Positions 9,710 to 19,187 of a stretch of DNA of 64,000 bases are shown here, piece by piece. Source of the DNA: an uncultured virus (IMG/VR IMGVR_UViG_3300024255_000005) (taxonomy: Duplodnaviria > Heunggongvirae > Uroviricota > Caudoviricetes). Within the stretch, counting starts at the first letter, position 1. Every line of letters starts with the position of its first letter. Below the pieces are notes generated by a model, which saw only the letters and a program-made list of their open reading frames with translations, was not told the origin of the DNA and did no database searches. A program made the translations under genes and the position numbers. The DNA lies in the IMG/VR virus record IMGVR_UViG_3300024255_000005. One strand, written 5' to 3'.

Positions 9710-12700
9710 ATGAGCACTAAAAAAACATTCGAAAGCTTTGTAAACTCAATGAACGAAAACGTTGATTTATATAAAGTATACAAAAAGGTTTCTGGGAAAT
9801 ATTCCTTGAGAAAGCCTTCTTATTGGGGAGATCTATTTAACCAAAGAGGTTCTATTCCATATAGAGAATTAACTAAATATGATAAAGAATTACATTCCTT
9901 AGACGTATACACTACTAAAGAATTAGGATGTCATAGCGAATATCCATTACAATCTAACTTTAAAGTTCAAGTGCCACAGGTATTTGTATTATATTGTAAC
10001 ACTGAATCAGGTGAGCTTGGAGAGTATTATGGAATGAGTATTCTTGTAAATACAGAAGGAGCAACATATCCAAGATATGCATGTGGCATGCCAGATTTCG
10101 AACCAGAATTACATAACTTTGCAAATGGAATTCCTGAAAGCTATTTAAACATTGTAACGACTGGTGCTCAATTGTTACATGAACAGATGATAGTTGAAGG
10201 TCAATTTTCATGGCTTACATCCGATACAAACACACAAATAGGTTCTGAAAGACAGAACATGATCACAGTATTCATGTATGATAATATGGGTAACAAGTGG
10301 ACTGAAAAGGATTATGAAGGTTACGGTAGCTTTGGAGGAATGGATTATTATGATCTTGTTGCTACAATGAATGGATATACTGAAGAAGATGTTAAAACAA
10401 TGAAAGGTTCATTTAAAGAATTAAGACAACTTGGTATTGATTTAGCATTCGGTAAAATAAAGACTAAAGATAAAAAGAAAAAGACATTATTTCCTGCATT
10501 AGTTGAAGATCCAAGATTTAATTGGAAAAGACACGACTTTACACAAGAAGCTGAATCTGATCCAAATCAATCATGGTATCAGGAAGAAGAGAGCGATGAC
10601 GATTATGATGACGATTACGAAAACGGATGGTATGAATCAAAGGTTACTGAAGCTCAAAAGCAGCTTACAATTAAAGATGTTGAAAAGGCATGGGATTCTG
10701 TGTATGGAGAAGATTTTGAATATGAATATGCTGGCGTCTATGGCGAAATCAAGAGAAAATATAAAGGTAAAATTACTAAAGCTGAATTACACGTCCTATG
10801 GTACAACAAGTATGGCGAAGATTTACAGGACGAACATAGTGGATTCTTAGATAAGTTAGAAGAAAATTTAAATGAAGCTACTGTAGTTATGGATGCAATG
10901 GATCCTAAATCAAAGATACTTAAAAAACTTTTAAAGAAACATAAAGTTACAATGAAAGTTTTAGATCCTAGTGGACCAAGTGGTTGGCCAGAAGTTGAGC
11001 TAACGGGTTCAAGAGAAGATTTACAATCAGTATTAGCCGATCCTAATGGATGGGACGATCCTGAATTAGGAGAATACATTGAAGAATCTAATATATTAGA
11101 AGCTAGATCTATTAACAAGATTTCAAAGGAATTTGGAGAAACAGTTAATAAGATGAAAGATATTGTAAAGATATACATCGCTGCAGAAGATGGAAGTGAT
11201 GAGAAAGCAACAACTAGACAACAGCTAATAGATCTAACAAAAAAGAAGAAAGCTCTTACAAATGAACTAGATGATGCAGTAGCTGGTAAAAATAAAGATG
11301 TAAAATTAGTTATCACTGAAGGTGTTATGTCAGACATTCACCAGATGATAGGTAATCACAAATCATTTGATACTTTTCAGAAAGAATTCTTTAAAGAATA
11401 CGGACATAAAAAAGTAATGAAAAAAACTCCTGAGTTTTTACAATGGCTAAAGGCTCTATATAATGATTTTGAATACATGGCAGGTGAAGCTATTGAAGAA
11501 AAGTATACTAAAAAATCGTTATTGAAAAAATTAGGTGATGCAGATGATGCAATGATTCAAACTGGAAACGGAAAAGAATACATTATTTATAATCCTGATT
11601 CTAATAACGATGACAATGCTGAAATGTGGCATGATAAATCAGTATTTGCAGTAGATCAGGACGGTGAAGAGCATGAAATAGCATATAAAGATATAGGGCT
11701 AGTAATGGTAGAATCAGTAGTTAATGAAGCCCTTTCAAAAGAGCAGAAAATGGTTGAAACTTTTTTAAATAAAATCGCAAAAGAATTTGATTACTCTATT
11801 CAGGATGCTGTTAGATTTGTAAAAGAAACTATTAGCAAAATGGGATTAGATGAATCAGTAGTTAACGAAGCTGTTTCAAGAGATACTAAGATATATCAAA
11901 TTGCAACACCAGCTCCACAGTCAATGCTTCTAGAAGAACTAGAAGAATTATTTGGCGATGATTATAGAAATATAGTTACAGAATTTAAAGAGGACGAAGG
12001 TTATGAATCAGTACTCATGTTTAATTTATCTAAATCAGATATTAAAAAAATTGAAGATAACATTGCCGATGTTTTAATTTGGGAATACTCAATTAAAAAA
12101 GGCAAAAAAATTACAGAATCAGTAGTTACTGAAGCTAAAAACGACGGTAACTTAGACACTATTGCCGATTACGTAAAACAAGTTTTAGATGATGGTAAAT
12201 CATTTATGGATATTGGTAAAAAACTTAAAGGTGCATATAAGTATGATTTTAGTACAGGTATGATGCCAATGTATATTATTCCAGTATCTGGAAATAAGAT
12301 CGTTATTATTAATAAGAAATATGTTGAAAACGGACAAGCAGATAGAGTCGTTGGAGATATTGCTATTGGCCTAATGGAATCAATGGTTACTGAAGCTAGG
12401 GGTTTTAAAAACGATGAAGATTTCGAAGAATTTTTAAAAGAAATCGATGCTATGCCAGAAAGAGAAGTTAGAAAGATAATGGGTAAAGAATATATCGATA
12501 CTCCTGGTTTTTATCAAGATGAAAAAGACAATTATGATGATGTAATTGACTTCATGATTTCAAACATGGGTGCAAATATTTATCACCAATTAGAACAGTG
12601 GTGGGAATTAAACGTAATGAAACCGGGTCTTAGAGAATCTAAAATTCAAATAAAAAGAAGATATACAGATAATCATCCTGCACAAACTTCAGGTAGAATT

Positions 12701-13372
12701 GCTAAAGTTAGAAACGCAATGATCGAAGCATTAGCCGACGGTGTATTAACAGAAGAAGAGTTTAATAATATTCTAAAAGAAAAATCAATCGACAATAAAA
12801 GATGGATGAGAAGAAATTCTAAATACTTTACAGTAAGTGAAAATGGAATCGGTCTTTCTAAATTTGGAAAAAGGATATTAACTGGAATTAAACCAGTAGT
12901 TAGCTTAACAATAGAATCTTTTATTTCAGAAAAGGCTGATATATCAGGAGCTTATAATGATTTAGAAGATTTATTAGGAACTGACATGGAAACCATGGAT
13001 GATTTTCAAAGAATTGAAAATGATGGTACATGGGAAGAAATGTCAGATTTTATAGAAATGGCAGGAGATGTTGAAGTTTTTAGAAGATATAAATTTAAAT
13101 CACAAAAAGATATCGATAAATTAGCTAAATATATTATGGGAGAATCTGTAGTTAATGAAGCTAATTATATTAAATTTAAAGGAAAGAAAGTAGATATTAG
13201 TTCATTAGAAATGGAAGATGTTGATATGAAAGATTATCCAGATTTTTCAGATGCATACTTTAGCTATGGTGAATATTCTAATGGAAAAGAAATGACTGAC
13301 GAAGAATTATCAGATTTTACAGATGATAATGGAGACTTAGCTAATGAATTAGCACATGATTCCTTACATTAA
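9710..13372 (+). CDS. putative capsid-internal polyprotein (about 14 modules)
   Basis: N-terminal KKTFESFVNSMNE; repeated ESVVNE|A, ESVVTE|A, ESMVTE|A, ESKVTE|A and similar linkers between unrelated modules of ~45-150 aa. Confidence 0.75.
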   Translation: MSTKKTFESFVNSMNENVDLYKVYKKVSGKYSLRKPSYWGDLFNQRGSIPYRELTKYDKELHSLDVYTTKELGCHSEYPLQSNFKVQVPQVFVLYCNTESGELGEYYGMSILVNTEGATYPRYACGMPDFEPELHNFANGIPESYLNIVTTGAQLLHEQMIVEGQFSWLTSDTNTQIGSERQNMITVFMYDNMGNKWTEKDYEGYGSFGGMDYYDLVATMNGYTEEDVKTMKGSFKELRQLGIDLAFGKIKTKDKKKKTLFPALVEDPRFNWKRHDFTQEAESDPNQSWYQEEESDDDYDDDYENGWYESKVTEAQKQLTIKDVEKAWDSVYGEDFEYEYAGVYGEIKRKYKGKITKAELHVLWYNKYGEDLQDEHSGFLDKLEENLNEATVVMDAMDPKSKILKKLLKKHKVTMKVLDPSGPSGWPEVELTGSREDLQSVLADPNGWDDPELGEYIEESNILEARSINKISKEFGETVNKMKDIVKIYIAAEDGSDEKATTRQQLIDLTKKKKALTNELDDAVAGKNKDVKLVITEGVMSDIHQMIGNHKSFDTFQKEFFKEYGHKKVMKKTPEFLQWLKALYNDFEYMAGEAIEEKYTKKSLLKKLGDADDAMIQTGNGKEYIIYNPDSNNDDNAEMWHDKSVFAVDQDGEEHEIAYKDIGLVMVESVVNEALSKEQKMVETFLNKIAKEFDYSIQDAVRFVKETISKMGLDESVVNEAVSRDTKIYQIATPAPQSMLLEELEELFGDDYRNIVTEFKEDEGYESVLMFNLSKSDIKKIEDNIADVLIWEYSIKKGKKITESVVTEAKNDGNLDTIADYVKQVLDDGKSFMDIGKKLKGAYKYDFSTGMMPMYIIPVSGNKIVIINKKYVENGQADRVVGDIAIGLMESMVTEARGFKNDEDFEEFLKEIDAMPEREVRKIMGKEYIDTPGFYQDEKDNYDDVIDFMISNMGANIYHQLEQWWELNVMKPGLRESKIQIKRRYTDNHPAQTSGRIAKVRNAMIEALADGVLTEEEFNNILKEKSIDNKRWMRRNSKYFTVSENGIGLSKFGKRILTGIKPVVSLTIESFISEKADISGAYNDLEDLLGTDMETMDDFQRIENDGTWEEMSDFIEMAGDVEVFRRYKFKSQKDIDKLAKYIMGESVVNEANYIKFKGKKVDISSLEMEDVDMKDYPDFSDAYFSYGEYSNGKEMTDEELSDFTDDNGDLANELAHDSLH

Positions 13373-13406
13373 AAGATATATACTATTATAAACAAAACAA
13401 TATAAA

Positions 13407-14738
13407 ATGAAACTATATACTAACTTCGATAATTTTATCAATGAAGCAATGGTTATGAAGCAGAAAGATACTGCTAAAATAGCACAAAAATTAGCTGCTG
13501 CCCTTTCGAAAGCAGACGGCAAAGAATTTTCAATTTCTAAAAATTCATTAGATGCCGGAGGCTTTGATCTAGATATGGATGGAGACGAATATGCAGGAGG
13601 AACTTATTTTATTGGCGATGCTGGTGAAATAGTAAACGCAGCAACAAGTAACGAGGTATATGGTCACATTGACGATAGTGAAGCTGAATTAGTTAAGAAA
13701 CTTAAAAAAGCTAAATTCTCAAAATATAGAGCAACAGAATCTTTAGAACTTAATGAGGCTCTAGCTTCTTCTAAGTTAAGAGGATTAATAGACATCAAAA
13801 GAGGTGGTAAGGAATTAATTAAAGGTATATATGGTCTTGCTAAAATAGCACTAGATAAAGTTACCGATGATATGATAATTTCTAATAGCAACCCAGTTGA
13901 AGTATATAAGAAAGCAAAAACATTCGGAAACGTAATTGTATTTTGGATTTCTAGAAATGAAAAAGAAAACGAATATGCTCCTTCTTCAAGATATGTTGAA
14001 ATGATTCCTGGAAATTGTTTATTAGCTGTTTCTAATGGAAGTAATGAAATGTTTCAGAACGATTCAATATGGACAAGAAACGATGACACAATAGGTGGTA
14101 AGAAAAGCACTAGAATACTTAGGAACATGGGTAAATACCCTGGATCTAAAGATACTGTTGGCGTTAACAAATCACACAACCAATATAGTGGAACGGGACT
14201 AGGTAACATTAAAAGAATTGCAGAAGTGTCTGACGAATGTTACATTATTAATTTAGACGCATTAAGAGATTCTTTATCTACTAATGACAAAACATCTGCA
14301 AGAGCAGAGGCAAAGTCTGGAGCTACTGCACTTACAAACCCTAAGAAAATCAAAGAGGATAACTTAACAAGGTATAATGATATTCTTGCTAAGAGAGCCG
14401 ATAACCCAGATAAAATAGACAAAAAGGTTAAAGAAATTATCGAAGATGCACATCAATTCTTAATGGCTGGTTTAGCGAAGAAAGAACTTGGAAATTATAA
14501 TGAATTAACAATAGGAAAAGATCCAAAGGGAAGAGAAATTAGACCAAGAGATTTAAATAACTATATTTCAAATATATTGTCAGATTATCAAGGATATGTA
14601 TCAGCATACGTTAATATGAAAACTGAAGAAGAACAATACGGAAAAGCCTCTTCATATTATATGAGAGATGCTAAACGTAAAGCCCTAGAGCTTAAGCAAA
14701 GAATCGCTAAATGGGATAACAAAAATATAGTTTGGTAA
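13407..14738 (+). CDS. putative capsid-internal protein (2 modules)
   Basis: MKLYTNFDNFINE|A start, internal ESLELNE|A, late promoter at 13375. Confidence 0.7.
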   Translation: MKLYTNFDNFINEAMVMKQKDTAKIAQKLAAALSKADGKEFSISKNSLDAGGFDLDMDGDEYAGGTYFIGDAGEIVNAATSNEVYGHIDDSEAELVKKLKKAKFSKYRATESLELNEALASSKLRGLIDIKRGGKELIKGIYGLAKIALDKVTDDMIISNSNPVEVYKKAKTFGNVIVFWISRNEKENEYAPSSRYVEMIPGNCLLAVSNGSNEMFQNDSIWTRNDDTIGGKKSTRILRNMGKYPGSKDTVGVNKSHNQYSGTGLGNIKRIAEVSDECYIINLDALRDSLSTNDKTSARAEAKSGATALTNPKKIKEDNLTRYNDILAKRADNPDKIDKKVKEIIEDAHQFLMAGLAKKELGNYNELTIGKDPKGREIRPRDLNNYISNILSDYQGYVSAYVNMKTEEEQYGKASSYYMRDAKRKALELKQRIAKWDNKNIVW

Positions 14739-14740
14739 TT

Positions 14741-15058
14741 ATGAAAAAAGTAAAATTATTTGAACAATACGTTAATGAATCAGCTATCGATTTATTAGCA
14801 GATGAAATAGAAGATGCAAAGGCATTCGATGCATTTTCAGATGGACAATCAGTTCAAGCAAGATCAACTAAAAAAACATGGGACGATGGTGTTCCAGTTT
14901 TAAAGTATATCGCTAGAGCTCCAAAGAAATCTGTTAAATTACCTAAGAAATTTAAAGTAGTAGATGATACTAAATACGGATGGTGGTATTTACAAGTATC
15001 AGGAGTATGGTATGGTATTGAACAAAGTGATTATGGAACACCACCGTTTGAATACTAA
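14741..15058 (+). CDS. putative capsid-internal small protein
   Basis: Likely start MKKVKLFEQYVNE|S at the ATG just after the upstream stop codon. Confidence 0.7.
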   Translation: MKKVKLFEQYVNESAIDLLADEIEDAKAFDAFSDGQSVQARSTKKTWDDGVPVLKYIARAPKKSVKLPKKFKVVDDTKYGWWYLQVSGVWYGIEQSDYGTPPFEY

Positions 15059-15061
15059 GAT

Positions 15062-16804
15062 ATGGAATTAAACGAAAATTTATCACTCGGCGATATGGCC
15101 GGAATGGGAGAAGTCTCTTTACCAACTGAAACATCAGTTGGATCAGGGGATATTCCAGCCGGAAAAGGAGATGCTGAAGAAGAGTATAAGAAAAAGAGGA
15201 ATAAAAAGAAACAACGTAAAATGAAAAATATTATATCATTTGAATCTTTTGGATCAGCCAATGAAGGTATGTCTAAGTCTGCTGTTAAAAAAGCTATTAA
15301 AGTTATTGATACGCAAATAGACACAGAGACCGGAGGAGATGGAGAACCTCTAGATAATGAAACTCTTCAAGCGCTAGAACAAGAAAGAGAAAGATTAGAA
15401 GGCCTTTTATCTGAATCAGTAATTAATGAAGGTAAGTTCGACGGTATTGCAGATTTAGTAAAATCTTTACATTTCGAAATGGATCCTAAAACTGCCGAAG
15501 AAAAGAAGATTGAAATAGGTTACAGACAAGGAGAAGTAACAAAGCGTAAACAAATCGAAGGTGGTAATTATTCACTAAGAAGATTCAGAAAAGAGATTAA
15601 ATACTGGGACGGTAATAAAAGAGATCAAGAATGGGCAGAAGGCATATTTGCCGGTCCAGACCATTATAATACTGTAAAGTCAACATTAGGAGCTGGTCCT
15701 CATAAGAAAGCTGTTAAGAAAGTAAGATGGACTCAAAAGAAATATGACCAATGGCTAGAAGATGTTGCATCAAACGACGGTTGGAAGAATGCTTATGATA
15801 TGGCGCAAAACGCTCAATTCGAACCAGGACTTATTGATTGGGTGGAGAAAAACTTTAGAGGTGAAGATGCAATGCAAAGAATCCAATGGGATATTGAAGC
15901 ATTTGCAGAATCAACAGCCACTAAACTGACTCATTTAAAATCTATTAATGAAAGTGCTGTTTTAGATAAAGAAACAGACGATGAAATATTTGATTCAGAA
16001 ACATACTATACAATAAGTAAGGTTTTAGCTATTTCTAGAAAATCTAAAGAATGTAAAGAAGCATACAAAAGAGGATCTAACTTCGGTAATGGTTTACAAA
16101 TGGCAGAGCGTTTAAAAAAGGAATTTCCAAAAATTCAATTTAGATGTAGAGTTTATAGATCAGAATGGAATTATGGAGGTAATTTGTGTTTAGCTATTGA
16201 TCTTCGAGGAAAATCATGGAAACATGAAGTATTTAAGTTTTCGTCTAACAACTCAACCCGTAGACCTAATTATTCATTTGCAAAATTATTTAATGGAACC
16301 AAAAAAGTATCTACTAATGAAGTAGAAGACGAATGGGGTATGGGAATTGTTCATGGATCATATCAATCTATTTCTAGCTTTGATAAATTTATGGATGATG
16401 TAGTTGGAGTTTTCAAAGATTACAAAAGAGTAAACGGAGTAGAATTTGACATGAAAACTATCCTAGCAGATTTTAAAGCTAATGATAAAATATTAGCTGA
16501 ATGGACTAGATTAAAGCCGAGAATAGAAAAACAATATGACATCGCAAAAGAAAGCGGAAGAAAAGCACATAGGAGAATAGAATTAAGAATGCCTTATATT
16601 AGAACGGCTGAAAAAAGGGTTTATTACAAGACTGACGAGCCAAGGGAATTAAGACATCCTGATGAATATGGAGAAAGCGCTTATAATATTATAGATGGAA
16701 AAGATTATGCTAAATACGAAGCTGCTCAAGCCAAGGTTTCAGATATGATTGAAAATTTTTGTAAGAAACATAAATTTGAATTTGTATGGGCTGCTAGCTG
16801 GTAA
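15062..16804 (+). CDS. putative capsid-internal polyprotein (about 3 modules)
   Basis: Internal MKNIISFESFGSANE|G, ESVINE|G and KSINE|S; N-terminal GMGEVSLP...GSGD segment. Confidence 0.7.
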   Translation: MELNENLSLGDMAGMGEVSLPTETSVGSGDIPAGKGDAEEEYKKKRNKKKQRKMKNIISFESFGSANEGMSKSAVKKAIKVIDTQIDTETGGDGEPLDNETLQALEQERERLEGLLSESVINEGKFDGIADLVKSLHFEMDPKTAEEKKIEIGYRQGEVTKRKQIEGGNYSLRRFRKEIKYWDGNKRDQEWAEGIFAGPDHYNTVKSTLGAGPHKKAVKKVRWTQKKYDQWLEDVASNDGWKNAYDMAQNAQFEPGLIDWVEKNFRGEDAMQRIQWDIEAFAESTATKLTHLKSINESAVLDKETDDEIFDSETYYTISKVLAISRKSKECKEAYKRGSNFGNGLQMAERLKKEFPKIQFRCRVYRSEWNYGGNLCLAIDLRGKSWKHEVFKFSSNNSTRRPNYSFAKLFNGTKKVSTNEVEDEWGMGIVHGSYQSISSFDKFMDDVVGVFKDYKRVNGVEFDMKTILADFKANDKILAEWTRLKPRIEKQYDIAKESGRKAHRRIELRMPYIRTAEKRVYYKTDEPRELRHPDEYGESAYNIIDGKDYAKYEAAQAKVSDMIENFCKKHKFEFVWAASW

Positions 16805-16818
16805 TCTTTAAAATATTT

Positions 16819-16862
16819 AAACAATCTAAGAATGCTCTGTATAACTACAGAGCATTTTTTAT
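16819..16862 (+). promoter_or_regulatory. AAAC-N16-GTATAA promoter overlapping a terminator hairpin
   Basis: AAAC, 16 nt, GTATAA. Stem AATGCTCTGTA/TACAGAGCATT followed by a T-run closes the internal-protein block. Confidence 0.7.
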
Positions 16863-16871
16863 TAATAGAGT

Positions 16872-17264
16872 ATGGACAAGATGAGATTCGCACTAATAGC
16901 ACACGATAACAAGAAAGCAGACATGGTAGCCTTTGTCTCTAAGAGATTAGATTTTTTTAATAACGAGGCAGTAGACATAGTCACCACTGGAACTACGGGT
17001 AAAAAAGTAGAACGCGCCGGAATTACTAGAGTCTCTACTGTTCAGAGTGGTCCTCTAGGTGGAGATGCTGAAATAGCGGCAATGGTAGTTAGAGGAGAAA
17101 TCACAGGCGTAATATTCATGAGAGACCCTCTCGATAAACATCCACATGATGTAGATATATCAATGCTAATGAGACTTTGCGATGTCCATGACATCCCCTT
17201 GGCTACCAACTACAGCACTGCAAGTATTCTTATCAAGTGGTATAGATCTAAATATAAAATATAA
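16872..17264 (+). CDS. mgsA: methylglyoxal synthase
   Basis: ALIAHDNKK, TTGTTG, SGPLGGD, DPL..HPHDVD and LATN motifs. Confidence 0.95.
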   Translation: MDKMRFALIAHDNKKADMVAFVSKRLDFFNNEAVDIVTTGTTGKKVERAGITRVSTVQSGPLGGDAEIAAMVVRGEITGVIFMRDPLDKHPHDVDISMLMRLCDVHDIPLATNYSTASILIKWYRSKYKI

Positions 17265-17294
17265 ACAATTTAGTTTTTTTAAGTATAATACAAT

Positions 17295-17540
17295 ATGGAT
17301 AACATTATCTTCAGACCCGAAAACTTTAACACATGGTCAATTCAAGCGATAGAGAAAATCGAAACTGTGATTGATTCATGTTCTAGTCTTTCTCATCTAG
17401 ATGGAGCTAGAAAATTAGTTGATAACTTTACTATCATCACTGCACTTGAAGAAGATGATGAAAAATCTATTGAAATAATTATTCACCAGCTGTGGCTCAG
17501 AATCAAGTTACAAGAAAATAAAATAAATGGATCAAAATAA
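17295..17540 (+). CDS. hypothetical protein
   Basis: 81 aa ORF behind an AAAC-N16-GTATAAT promoter. Confidence 0.65.
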   Translation: MDNIIFRPENFNTWSIQAIEKIETVIDSCSSLSHLDGARKLVDNFTIITALEEDDEKSIEIIIHQLWLRIKLQENKINGSK

Positions 17541-18021
17541 AGGTAAAATAGGATTTACAGCAGGGAACTTCGATCTTCTTCACCCTGGATATATTTACAC
17601 ATTCGAAACAGCAAAAGAACATTGCGATTACTTTATGGTATTTCTGCAAAGAGATCCTTCGGAAACTAGATTTACTAAATACAAGCCAGTAATTCCATTA
17701 TACGAAAGATATAAAACTTTAATGGCTATTAAATACGTAGACGAAGTAGTTACATATCAAACAGAAGAAGATCTTATTAACTTAATGGAATTTTATAAAC
17801 CAGATGTTAGAATTTTAGGAGATGATTACATTGGTAAAAGATTCACAGGAGATCACATGCCAATTGAGGTTATTTATACAACTAGATCACATAATTGGTC
17901 TACGACAAGAATTAAAGATTTAATAACTAAGCAAACCATCTTACAGAATCCTTCTATTATAGAAGAAAACGTAAAGTCATTAACAGCTGATGAAGCGGCT
18001 AAAATAATTAATAACAAATGA
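17527..18021 (+). CDS. cytidylyltransferase (glycerol-3-phosphate cytidylyltransferase TagD-like)
   Basis: GNFDLLHPGY (HxGH variant), YVDEV, LGDDY and WSTTRIK. Confidence 0.85.
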   Translation: MDQNKGKIGFTAGNFDLLHPGYIYTFETAKEHCDYFMVFLQRDPSETRFTKYKPVIPLYERYKTLMAIKYVDEVVTYQTEEDLINLMEFYKPDVRILGDDYIGKRFTGDHMPIEVIYTTRSHNWSTTRIKDLITKQTILQNPSIIEENVKSLTADEAAKIINNK

Positions 18022-18947
18022 GAATAATAGTAACTGGTGGATTTGGATTTATAGGATCTGAATTTGTAAACACGATTGGTAGAAAAAACCCAACGGCAGA
18101 AATTGTAGTAGTTGATAAAATGACTTATGCTGCAAATCCAAATAACATTAAAACTAAAGTAACATTAATTCAGAAAGATATTTGCGAAGTAACAGTAGAA
18201 GATCTAGGAGAATATGATTTCCTTGTTCACTTCGCAGCTGAGAGTCATGTAGATAATTCTATTAAAGACGGTAGACCTTTCGTTAGAACAAACGTCGAAG
18301 GAACCTTTAATCTTTTAGAATGTGCCAGACAAAACCCTAATCTTAAGAAGTTTATTCATATTTCTACAGATGAAGTTTACGGAGACATGGACGATATTAG
18401 TAAGGACGTAGTAGCGGATGAAGAATTTCCGTTAGTAGCTTCTTCTTATTATTCGGCGACTAAAGCATCATCAGACATGCTAGTCCTTTCAGCTAACAGA
18501 ACGTTTGATCTTCCATATATTATTACCAGAACATGTAACAATTATGGTGCTCATCAACATAAAGAAAAATTTATCCCAACTATTATGCGCTCTATTAAAG
18601 AAGGCAAGAAAATTCCCGTTTATGGAGATGGAAAGCAAGTTAGAGAATGGATGGACGTAACAGACAACACTTTAGTTATTTATAACTTAATGATGTCAGA
18701 CCGAATTAACGAAGTATTTAATATTGGTTCAGAGGAAAGATACACTAATTTAGAAGTTATTGAAATGATAGGAAACATCATGGGCAAAACTCCTGAATTT
18801 GAATTTGTAGCAGACCGTCTCGGACACGATAGAAGATACGCACTTAATAGCTCAAAGGTAAATGCTATTTTAGGAGAAATGATCCCTTTATCCTTTGAAG
18901 AATTTTTAAAAGAAGAAACATTTAAACTACTAGAAACTCAATTATGA
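18018..18947 (+). CDS. rfbB: dTDP-glucose 4,6-dehydratase
   Basis: TGGFGFIG, DKMTYA, HFAAESHVDNSI, ISTDEVYG, YSATK, CNNYG and DRLGHDRRY. Confidence 0.93.
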   Translation: MRIIVTGGFGFIGSEFVNTIGRKNPTAEIVVVDKMTYAANPNNIKTKVTLIQKDICEVTVEDLGEYDFLVHFAAESHVDNSIKDGRPFVRTNVEGTFNLLECARQNPNLKKFIHISTDEVYGDMDDISKDVVADEEFPLVASSYYSATKASSDMLVLSANRTFDLPYIITRTCNNYGAHQHKEKFIPTIMRSIKEGKKIPVYGDGKQVREWMDVTDNTLVIYNLMMSDRINEVFNIGSEERYTNLEVIEMIGNIMGKTPEFEFVADRLGHDRRYALNSSKVNAILGEMIPLSFEEFLKEETFKLLETQL

Positions 18948-19159
18948 ATAAGAAATTAATCGAAATGCTAAGAGCTAGCGCCTTAGCTGAAAAATCAAAA
19001 GCACTTTTATCTTTAGATCTTTTAGGAAATAAAGGATCTGGTATCGGAGATCACTCAACTGGCGATTTCTATAAAAATGCAGAAGAAGCTTTATCAATGT
19101 TAGTCGATGCTGATGATAAATTAGAAGCACTTGACAAGTATTTTCCAGAAGACTTGTAA
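18944..19159 (+). CDS. hypothetical phage protein
   Basis: 71 aa helical hairpin with GIGDH motif; translationally coupled to rfbB. Confidence 0.7.
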   Translation: MNKKLIEMLRASALAEKSKALLSLDLLGNKGSGIGDHSTGDFYKNAEEALSMLVDADDKLEALDKYFPEDL

Positions 19160-19187
19160 AAAATTGCACTTTTTTTGAAAAAAAGCA

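Larger units (their letters stand above)
3467..15432 (+). repeat. dispersed ~20-bp in-frame linker repeat, consensus GAATC(A/T)(G/T)TAGTTA(A/C)TGAAGC
   Basis: Copies at 3467, 3776, 4052, 10634, 11711, 11852, 12116, 12377, 13142 and 15413; degenerate copies at 4928, 11084, 12914 and 13737. All encode ES[VL][VM][NT]E-like peptides. Confidence 0.85.

Noticed and set aside
11711..13161. Repeat-spacer pattern as a CRISPR array
   Set aside because: Spacers are 120-750 bp, variable and in-frame coding; repeats are degenerate; no cas genes are present.
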